From assembly GCF_009914755.1 (NCBI RefSeq), contig NC_060938.1: a stretch of DNA of 64,000 nt; one strand, 5' to 3'. Positions 1-11,335 of the stretch are shown here, one piece after another. Below the pieces are notes generated by a model. It made no database searches. It saw only the letters and a program-made list of their open reading frames with translations, and was not told the DNA's origin. Source of the DNA: the human T2T-CHM13v2.0 reference genome, Homo sapiens. The position numbers and the translations under genes were made by a program. Within the stretch, counting starts at the first letter, position 1; the number at the start of each line of letters is the position of its first letter.

Positions 1-907
1 CTTTTCTGTCGTCTGTGTGTTTATCCTCCCCTCCCCCAATAGTGGATGACAGTTCTGCCTTTTTCTACTTTCCTGGCACCTTTACCTTACAGCTTGCATG
101 TCCAGCTCTTCCAGGTTGATTGCACCCCATTGATTACCCCATCGCATGTTTGACTGTCCTTCCCCATTGGACCCAGTGGTCCCCGAGGGCAAGGTTTGAG
201 CCTCCCTCACCCCTGAATCCTCAGGGCCTGGCAGGGGCCTGGAGTTCACGATGTGCATGTTTCTGTGGTCACAGAGCAACCCACATGCTTTTGCGTATTT
301 GATGTGGGGGAGCGAGATCAGGGAGATCTGGTCACCCTGGGGGCACCCACTCTGTGCAAGGCCCTTGGCTGGGTGGCTTACATCATTGTCCCCTTGTAAG
401 TGATTTCTTTCATTTTGCAGAGGAGGAGACTATGCCTGAGGATGATGAAGCACCTTTTCCAGGGGTGAGCACCTCTGCGGCTCTCTTCTGAGCAACACCT
501 TCATAGAGACAACTGCCTTCCAGCCTCCCCTGTGAGCATTTCTCACAGCCCCTAGAGATCATCCTGTCCAAAAGTGAGCAGGTGGTCTGTGCTGCCCATT
601 ACCTCCAACTTTTCCTGCCACCTTAAATGGGATCTCCATCCACCTGCATTTGTGGCAGGTTCTCCACCTTTGGTCCCCATTACAGGTGCACGAGTCCATC
701 CACTTCTCACTGCCTGCCCAGAGGCCACCGTCAGTCACCTGAGCTCCAGATCTCTTTGCTTCCTCTCTTGCCACTCACTAATCTCTTACTCATACTGCAG
801 TGATGTCTTCAGAGTATGCATCAGGTGAAGTCCCTTCCTTTCCCAAATAAAACTATTTGTAGGAGAGAAACCTACAGATTGCTCTCCCTGATATGTCTCC
901 CATTCTA

Positions 908-1342
<435 letters not shown>

Positions 1343-1379
1343 TCAGGGTGATTTCTCCAGCAGCAATATTGGAATTATT

Positions 1380-2034
1380 AACAGGAAAGACTTTTTAAGC
1401 GTGATGCAAAATCCAGAAGCTCAAAAAGTAGATTGATGGATTTTTCTTTCTATAAATTTGTAACTCCTGTCTTGCAACCTATGTGATATATGTCAGACTA
1501 GTTTCTTTCATATGTAAAGAGCTTCTACAAATTGTTAATATTGCAAAACAATCCAATGGAAAAATACTGAAAGAACTTTAGTAGACAATTGGCAAAAAGG
1601 AAACAAATTACTATTTAAAATAGATTCTCAATTTGTTTGTAATAAGGAAAATGCAAATGGCAATGGGGGAATGGAAAAATGGACTTTGTAGATGTGGTAT
1701 GTGTGAGTGGTCAGTTAGTGCATCGGCTTTGCAAAACGAATTGGGGGTTTGTGTCAAACTTGACATGATTCATACTCTTTAACCTGGCAGTTCCACTTTA
1801 GCACTTTAGCTTTTTGAGGTACTTACAGAAATTCACAAAAATGTGATTTTTGTGGCTTTGTTAGGATAGTGATTAATTGGAAATGATTTAACTTACATTT
1901 GTAGATTAAATAAAATGTCAAATATTCTTACAATGCAATGCCATGCAGCCACTAAAAGAAAGAAGCAGATGTATATATCTGCTGTCATGAAATGATCTCT
2001 AAGATGCATCTTTAATTAAAAAAAGAAAAGTACA
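1380..2034 (+). mobile_element. Old L1 (L1ME-like) 3' fragment, continuing after the Alu to ~2370
   Basis: Degenerate L1 3' sequence (CAAAATCCAGAAGC, GCAGTTCCACTTTAG, ATGAAATGATCTCTAAGAT). Confidence 0.6.
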
Positions 2035-2368
<334 letters not shown>

Positions 2369-3729
2369 CTATTGCTTTTTGAAGGGAAAATGGTAGTGAT
2401 AGGGTGCACTTCACTTTTGTACTGCCGACTTTTCTTTTAAACAATATATGTGATTTACCTGTTTAAACAAAAAAATTGGTATTAATTTTACAATAATATA
2501 TTGAATGATGTAAATCTACATTTTGTATATATGTAGATGTATTTCTATAACTACATAAAATAATTTATCATTATATTATACACTGTACCTATAATAGGAC
2601 ATAACTGTGGCATGCTATGTTACAGGCTATGGTTATAGTATGACGTAGAGCTGTGGCTAATGTTATATACCATAGCCTAGTCATGACATATTGTAGGTAC
2701 ATATATATTAGTAATAACATAAATATATAAAAATAGTTATGCAAATATTTACATTTATATTCTGAACAGATAAAAACTGGAAGAAAATATAATGAAAAGT
2801 TAATTTTGGTTTCTCTGGGTGGTGAAACTATAAGTAGTTTTTTAAAACTTTTTTGTATATATATGTTTTAAAATTTGCATTGTAATTATTTGTGTATATG
2901 TGAGTATATATATGTGTATGTATGTATGTGTGTGTACACATATAATCAGCATAGATTATGTAGGCTGTTTAGTTTTCATGTGTAGTTTTCTTATTTCTGC
3001 CTGTTTTAAAAAAACTAATAATATAATTATACATAATTACATAAATATTCTGTTACATTTCTATCTGCCAAAGCAATTTCATATTAATTATTTCCTCTGG
3101 GTGCCCCATTGATCTGGAGATAGGCAGAATGTACATTAACACTACCATTTTACAGATGAGTAAACCGAGGTTCTGTCCAGTTCAATGGAAGGGTATGAGT
3201 CAGAGCCAGGGACTGTTGGCCAACTTGGTTTTAGGTTGATGATGGACTGGGTTCCAGGGAGCAGTAAGGGCTCTGGAGATCTGGAGACTGCCAGCCTCTC
3301 ATTCCACATGTGCCCTGTTGCAAGGCCCTCGAAGCAACGCTGCCATTTCCAGGAGTACTGGGAGGAAGATAAAGGGATGTCCACAGTGGGCACATTAAGG
3401 ATCTCTTGCTTTTTTCTTCTCTCCACTGCATTAATGTAGTTTTTAAAAATCATCATCATAGATCGGAAAATACATGAACGTATTGCATGTGAGTGTAATG
3501 AAAAACTGGAGAACACGCCAGTCTTTTTTTTTTTTTTTTAATCTTTGTTGCATAGTTTTTTATCTTCTTTTTGTAAACAGAAAAAAAAAAAGCCTCGAGT
3601 CTCTGAAACAGCTTCCCATTCGACCTATGCAGGTCACATTTACATGTAGTTCTTAAACTGGTGGTTGAGCCTGCGTTTTGGCATTTACCCTTCCCAAATG
3701 CCTTGAGGAGGGAGCTTCATCTTTAGCCT

Positions 3730-4275
3730 CAGATCACGTCACTCTCGTGCTCAAAGCCGTCCGCTGGTTTGCATCTCACTGGGTGTAAAAGCCGAAGTCC
3801 TTGCCATGACCTTCGAGCTCCTGAGTGATCTCCCCCACCTCTGCCTCCCTCTGATTTGATCATTCTGCTCCAAACACATGTCCCCCCTGCTCTTCCTGAA
3901 CACACCGAGCAGGCTCTGCCCCAGGCTTTGAACTTGCTTTTCCCTCTACTTGGATCTCTTTTCCCCTAGAGAGACAGGTGGCTTCTTCCCTTGCTGCTTT
4001 TTATCCTTACAGAAACCTCCCCTACCGTACGAGTGCTTTCTTAACCTCCATGTGCGTCATACTAACACATCACGCCACCCTGGGACTCCACAGGACTCCA
4101 CATTTCCTTTAATGATTTATTTTTTCCCATAATGTGTATCCCCATGTGGCATGCTGTATATTATCTCCCGCCCCACCAATGGCTGGACTGGAAACCTCAC
4201 GAGGACAGGGATGGTATCTTTTTTGCTCATTGCCAGCATGCAGGACCGTACAGAGGATGGAGGTAGTCAGTGATG
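3730..4275 (+). mobile_element. L2 (L2a-like) 3' fragment
   Basis: AGATCACGTCACTCTCGTGCTCAAAGCC...CTCCAAACAC...GGGATGGTATCTTTTTTGCTCATTG resembles the L2 3' end. Confidence 0.7.
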
Positions 4276-6265
4276 CAAAACTGATTTTAAATTGTTTGGT
4301 GCTGTGCCAGAAGGAGTGATTATTCTCACTATGCGGCTTCCTCTGACCTCTGAACTCCTGCTGGAATGATCTGGACCGCTCAGTTTGGCATTTTAATTAT
4401 ATACTGTCTCATGTTACAACTTAAAGTGTTCTAATTTTACGTATTTGCTTATACGGTAAACATGTATTCAGCTTCACCTATGTATACCAAGCACCTCAGA
4501 AACCTGAAATCATTCCTTAAGACCAAAGAACAGATAACAGGCTGATAGCATGCTGATTTTGTTTTTTTATCTTCCACTTCCTACCTAGGACAGTGCAAGT
4601 AAAGAGTCAGCCCTCAAGAAAACAGAACAAAAAAGCAAGTCACTGGGCTGTGCACATTTAGTAAGCTCCACTGGTACCAAATGCTTGTAGGTTAATGAAT
4701 TAGGAACATCAGTTTTCTTGGTGCAAATATGCTCCCAGCTTAGTTAAGAGGTTCTTCAGTTTGAATTTGTTTGGATGAAAACAAGATGGTTCCAAATTTC
4801 TGTGTAAATCTGAAACCAGACAAGTTTCACACAGTTGCACATTTCAAAAAAAAAAAAAAAAAAAAGTTCTGCTCCCGTTTGGTAAGTATTCTGTGTATCT
4901 GAAAGGAGAAAAAAAAAAAAAAAACCTTGTAGTTTCCAATTGCAAAATGAGTCTTTATTTCCTCTCCAAAACCCTTTATGTGCCGTGAGTTGGTGAGTGT
5001 AAACCGGCTTCCTGGTGTGTGTGTGCAGCCCTGGGATGCCACAAGTCACATTTGTGACATGTCGGCTCTGGGAAATGCTGTGGAACCTGTCAGAACAATC
5101 CGTTCCACATAAATACAAAATGCTCTTTCTCACCCATGTCACCACGAACCTTTATTCAGGGCTTAAAACCCAGCTAGGCCTATATGAACAGCGTATGTTC
5201 GGAGCTTTTCCTACACACACAAACACGCACACACATACACACACATCTTTATCTTTCTGTCATTCTCTGCATTAACTACATTCTTAAAACCTGGAGGTAT
5301 GCCAATCTTTTTTTTTTTTCAAAGAGGAAAAAAAATCAAAAGTTTTTGGTAATTGAAATTCATGACAAATTACAGACAGTTTTTTTCTTTCTTTTTTAGA
5401 ACACCGTGTTCTTAGAAAAGTGTCTTCTTACTGAAATGAAAAAGCGTGGAAGCCGTGTGCGCCCGTGGACGTGGTTTTGTGACTCATGGCTGCCCTGGGC
5501 TGACAAGGACCAGTGTTTGATCTCTAAATCACGGGAAGACGAGTGTTGGATGTCAGGTGGTGGTGTGGTATCAGAGAAAATCGGTGGTCTTTTTGTTTTG
5601 CACCTGTGTTCTTTTGCTGTCGGCAAGGTGGGCCCAGGTAAAGCCAGCGTAGGTGAGCAAGGGGTCGCTGATTTTAATTGAGTAGTTATTCCAGTAACAC
5701 CATCTATTCTGTTCACAGCCAAATGGGGTGGCCCCCTCCAATTTATCCCTCAGGCAGATTTCAAGAAAACGCTGTAGTCCAATATAATCGATGATTTCAT
5801 ATCCGAGAAAAGGTTTTTGTGTTTTTATTTTGTTCCAGTGTTTGCTTTAGGACTGATACTACCATTGCTTTTAATAAACTCCTTTGATACATTTTCTCCC
5901 CAGAAGAGACTTTTTTTGTTGTTGTTTTCAAGGTCACACAAAGAATATAACTTTGGTTTATTAATGGAAACCTTCTAGCTACTGGTTAATTCATTACTGC
6001 ACAGTACAATTTTAAAAGTCACCAACAATGTGGTTCTTTGTCTTTAATTTCTTTGGATGTGTGGTTGTGTGTGTGCGTATGTCAGCACCTTTTTACCTTA
6101 AAGAGATACGCGAATCCCCATGAATTATTATACTTTCACTTGTTTTTGTGCCCACTTAAATTTATAGGTAAATATGTGTAAATTTGGGAAAAATATACTT
6201 TTTCCACTGTTCGAATTTCTTTCCTCAGAACTTTCCTAAGACTATAAAACTACAGCAGAGATGCT

Positions 6266-6468
6266 GGGGGCGCTGGGATCTGGGTGAGAGAATTGAGGCA
6301 TGCACCTTGGGTGCAAAATTTAATGGAGTGCCAAAAAGGCAGTAATTAAGAAAAATGATAATTGGATGCAATGTTTAAAAAAATAAAATGAATGCACCAA
6401 AATTCACAATGAACAAAAAATTCAGATTTTAAATAAAGGCAGGATCTGATCCTGTCCACTGATTTTTA
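6266..6468 (+). mobile_element. MER96B-like hAT DNA transposon fragment
   Basis: GGGTGAGA...CACCTTGGGTGCAAAATTTAA...GATTTTAAATAAAGGCAGGATC matches my recollection of the MER96B 5' part. Confidence 0.65.
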
Positions 6469-6993
6469 GAAGAGTGAGATGTATGTGCAGGCTTCTGATA
6501 TCTCAAAGACAATTTTGGGAAACATCTTGCACAGAATCTATCATCACGGATTTTTATTTTAGGAGAAGATGTTACCTATCACCACGAGGGTAAGTTTTGA
6601 CAACCGAATTTCTCCCCCTTTGCTCTTGCGGTTACTCCACAGACATTTGAGCATTCCGCGACAAAACTGTTTTCCAGTCCTGGACAAATACTTTTTATTT
6701 CTGAAAGCATCTCGCAGGGGGAGCTAGGGAGTAACACACTGCTCAAAGACGCTCTTTATAAAGGGACTTTCTGTGTCGTTTCTGGATTTTGATAGCAACT
6801 TTTGAGTAGGGCCGAGCAGCCTTTGCAGGAATGGGTGGATGGCGGCTAAGGTCATTGTCAAGGACTTGGGATCAATTAGTATGCAGATCAGAGCCAAGGA
6901 GTTCAAAGGTATTGTTCCAATTCAATCACATTAGCCAGGGCAGAGATGAACAAACAGCACGACCTTAATCACCAAGCCTTACCCATTCACTGG

Positions 6994-7025
<32 letters not shown>

Positions 7026-7030
7026 CACAC
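6994..7030 (+). repeat. (TG)n(AG)n compound microsatellite
   Basis: Directly visible. Confidence 0.95.
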
Positions 7031-8879
7031 TAAGATCTGGCCAACCATGTGAAGATATGAGAAAGCTGACCCCCAAGCCTTATTATTTATAAAATATAAT
7101 ATGTACATTTCCTTCCGTGTATATTTGAGGGAGAACTTAATTGAAGGTGAACAAACTGGCTCTGTATTTCAATGCATGCCTTCACACATACACAGACACA
7201 TTAAATGCCTTGCAAAAAACCAAAATCTCACTAGTATAATGCCAAGGTAAGTTCTTTTCCCTCTTACTTGCAGACAAGCCTATTCAAAATGTGCACAATT
7301 CTTTCAAGTCCCCCAAGTGAGAGGACGTGAAATTCCACATTCTAAAATACAGTATCTGCAGTCTAAATATACCTTTCAACTGTGTGGTTAGAGCTAACAT
7401 GGAGATAAATGAGGAAATTTTGAATTTTTAAAACATCACAGGAAGAAGGATTTTTTCCCCCTTCTCTCTCTTCTCAAAGGAAAACCCAATTATTTTCCTG
7501 ATTTGCCGATGTGATGCATTGGAATGTGGGCAAACCAGTGGCCGCTACTCATTGCCTGTGTCCTTAAAACATACAGCACGGAAGAGTAGGGACACAGATG
7601 CATAGTGTAAATACGCGGGTTCCATCTATAATTATATCTACAGCACACATGAGATACTTTTATGGTTTGGGTGGAAATGAGGAACGACAAGGGGATTAGC
7701 CTTTGACAAAATGTGACATTTAAGCAGGTTCACCTGGTTCTGGAACCCTTTGCCCTCCGAGTCGCTGTTTATCTGCGTTCACATGTAAGTTTGCTGCATC
7801 AATCTGGATAAACATTTGCTAAACCCAACAATGACTTCTATTGGAGTGGATTACCCCGGGAAGCTGTAGGCTGCACTGGGGGAGAATTCCGCCTCGGTAT
7901 CTTCATTTCCATCTAAAATCAAACATGATCCGGTAACTAAGGTTTTCCGAATCCAGTCTCTGCCCCCACCTCCGGCCCTGGGAAGACAGTTAATCATAGC
8001 TGGCGAAGATGAAAGACGCGCAGGGAAACGCAACTCTAGCAGGCAAAGCTGCACCCCAGGGGGTCATGAATGCTGGGGGAGGAACCATGATTCCTTGATG
8101 CAATAACATATTGAGACACTTTCGGCTTTACACTCGCTATCAAGTAAATATAGGATATCTCACCCATGAAGGGTGATTATTGCTCCTGAAAGGAGGAAAC
8201 GACTTATTAAGGTCTTGTTCAGGAGCAAAAGAAAGATAAGAATCATTATTAATAGAGAGAAACAATCTGGGATTTTCCCTATAAAAATGTATTTCCCCTT
8301 AAGACTATTTTGGCAGTGGGGTTATTATTATTATCATTATTATTCATATTGGTCTGAAATTGACTGTGCTTTCAAAGCAGTCCTAATAAGTAGAGGTTTC
8401 AAAAGATAACTTTTCCCATTGCATCTCCCGTCACATATTGTTAGTAGCGCTTTTATCTGTAATGCAAATAAAGACATTTTAAAATGTAAATCTGTTACCC
8501 AGTCCCATAAAAATATTCATTCACTGTTTGGTATTTTATTTGAAAATATTAAGCCACTAAAACAAAACAAAACAAAACACACGATCCTTAAAACCAAACG
8601 TTTACCCAATTATTCACAGAGGCATCATTTCTCCTTTGATCCTACTATTGTGATGTTTTCCCTGAATTTTGGTTCAAGACAGACATTTTCCTCTTCTTTT
8701 TTCTTTCCCCTAAACAAGGTCATAGATTTTTTTCCCCCTAAATGAAGACCAGAGCCCCCAGTGCAGGATTAAGTAAGTCCTTACAGTGTTATAAAAGTGA
8801 GTGCTTCTTTCCTATAATAAAAGGTGTTTAAAAGGTTCGCTACAGCTTTAAACAGAATTACAATTTACTTCTTTCAAGT

Positions 8880-9330
8880 GTCCAGGCCATAAATTCTTCT
8901 CAATTCCCTCTCTCTCTCCTTGTCGGAATTAATGAGATCAGATCTGATCAGGGCGCTGATGTGTTCAGCGCCAAATCACACAACAGCGCGCGCACCGTAA
9001 TGGAATTTGCATCTAATGCATACATAAATCAAACATCTTTCTGGACATTTTCATATGCATAATGTCATTTCATCCAGTTCTCTCTGTGCAGAGGGGGAGA
9101 TTTTTCTCTCTGAGAGAATGACTTTCTTTAATGCTTTCATTTTATTTTCGCTGACTGCAGTCCGGGAGAATGCGCTCGGTCGGAGAATCTTTCGGGGCGC
9201 GGTTGACAGTTCTTTTTCCAAGAGGGGTCCTTCACATTTATCATGCCTCTTCCTCGGGGGCTTTGTTATGCAAATGTGGCTGAAATTGATAATTCCAAAG
9301 TGCTTCATTTCGGCTCCTCGGCGGTTGGAG
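8880..9330. promoter_or_regulatory. Candidate conserved developmental enhancer (SOX-OCT, octamer, PBX-HOX motifs)
   Basis: CTTTGTTATGCAAAT 9261-9275; ATTTGCAT 9005-9012; CATAAATCAA 9023-9032; ATGCATAAT ~9055-9063; retained CpGs; repeat-free context. Confidence 0.7.
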
Positions 9331-11199
9331 ATGGTAGATAAAAAGAAACTGACAAGACACACTGATTGCCCTCAATGCATGTAACTCTCTTGCTAACAAG
9401 GCTGGATATTGTTAAAAATTCCTATTGTTATGAGGGTGGCGCTCCCATTATGCAGGCCTTGCAAATTTCTGATTTGAATATTAACCCTTTAATCACCCCA
9501 CCCCACAGACCCCTCCAAAAAAAAAACAAAAAAAACACACAATTGCCATCAAATGGCTTCAGAACCCCAAACATCAAATTATTCTTCTATTATAGTGAAC
9601 AGCTGGGGTACACTGAAAACACTTCATTAATCATTTGTTCCCAAGGTAAACTTTACATTTATTTTCAAATACAAAGAAAAGGGGTTATCTTAAGCAAAGG
9701 GGAGCCTCCCCCCAAGTTCTAAGTAAAGATGTTGGAACGGCATCGCCCTGAGTTTGCACAAAGGGCTGGAAATTGATAATTGAGAACAACAGTTTGTAAA
9801 AGGAACCTGGCCTCTCCCCCGGCCCCTGCTCCTCGTCGGCAAATGGAAAGATCAGTATTTTCACTTGGCCATGCTTCCGCTTTTCCGTTCAGACTAAAGA
9901 AGGCCTCAGGGAGGGGATATGTGTCTGCCGTCACCAGAGTTAAGTTTATTTTACCTGTTTGACCAGACGAAGGGAAAAAAAAATCTCCCAGCGTCCTTCT
10001 CTTAGTAGAGAGGGGATGCAGAAATCTGAATACCATTTCCAGGGAAGAATTACAAATTGAGGCAGCTCTGGGCATTAGCATACCAATTAGGTGCTGGCAG
10101 CAAACTGGGATTCTAAGGAGGTGCTGCGGGCCTTGGGCTGCGGCTGCTACGGGGTCAAAACACCAGGAGCTCAGAAGAACGTGGTTATTTCTGCTCAAAA
10201 TCAAGGCCTGGTCCTTCCAAATACCAAGACCAGAATCTGGACTGGAAGGCCTCCTGTTTCTAAACATACACATGCACAATTACAATTTCCCAGAAAGTGA
10301 TCAGACCCATTCATAGCGTCTCTGAATGAAAAACAGAAACTTAACAGGAATTCGCCTGTCAGCTAATTAGAATTTAGCGACTAGAATTTCTTAGCAGCTT
10401 TCCCATGGTGGCTGCATCTCCAGAAATGTCCACCAGGTAATTGGCCTCGCTGTTAAACCTTGGAACCACTTAGAATTATGTTTTCTTTTGAAAATGTTGC
10501 TAGGTTAGGGAAAGAAAACCTGCAGGTTGGTGAATTATGCTTAATGTTTTTTTCTCTCAAACGAAGCTCCTGAGCTTGGAAAAGAAAGCATCACGGGGCT
10601 TAGAGGCTAGAATTGCCTTGATGGTGTGCTGTGCCCGACGCCCATCAGAGGCTGCATCAAAGGGCTTCACCTTCTCAGTTCTGCAGCCGCGCAGAGCAGT
10701 ACCTGCCAAATTATGGCAAATAAAAGAGGCGCCAGATCCAACAGACCTCTCTTACCTGCTGCACTAAAGAGGTGGTGCTCTGTCTGGCTGTTTGTGAAGT
10801 GCTGCCTTCCGTCCACACGCTTGGGGCTGTCGTCCAGACACACGTGGAAACACATGCAGAGGGGCACACAGATAGGGTCACTGCAAACGTTCTCAGGGAT
10901 GACAAAGCCACTCACAGACCCTCTGCACACATGACCCAGGTGACTGCCGAAGAGACCTGGTCTCTCTCCTTGGCAGCCTTCACGTGCATGTCAGTCCAGG
11001 TACGAAGGCAAATTACACCACTCTAAAAGATTTTTAAAAAATGCATTGGTTTGTGTAGAAGCAGATTTTGATAAATGGTGAAGTTAGGGGATCATTCTCA
11101 TATTTATAGTGGCCATTGGGCCCACGAACTTGTCTCCTGTCTTCATTATATGTTTTTGATATTTACGCTAGCTGCTAATCTCAGGAGCTCGGCCACATT

Positions 11200-11335
11200 T
11201 TCATAATTAAGATTGCAGCCCACACTCCCTAAACTTAGTGTGAGTCATTAAATCAGCAGGTTATAGTCAAAGTTGCAGTCAAAACAATGCTTATTCATTA
11301 ATATCTGTTATGCTAATCAGCACCAATAAATGTGA
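11200..11335. promoter_or_regulatory. Candidate enhancer motif cluster
   Basis: TAATTA 11204, TGAGTCA 11241, AACAATG 11283, ATGCTAAT 11310, CCAATAAA 11323 within ~130 bp. Confidence 0.45.

Noticed and set aside
2624-2678. Imperfect inverted repeat AGGCTATGG...CCATAGCCT
   Set aside because: Short arms in AT-rich degenerate repeat DNA; probably chance or a TE remnant
7241-7273. Strong donor AAG|GTAAGT followed by a pyrimidine tract and CAG
   Set aside because: Only 27 nt apart, too short for an intron; no supporting exon partner
9719-10279. 186-aa minus-strand ORF in the unique block
   Set aside because: No recognisable domain or exon structure; composition of random non-coding sequence
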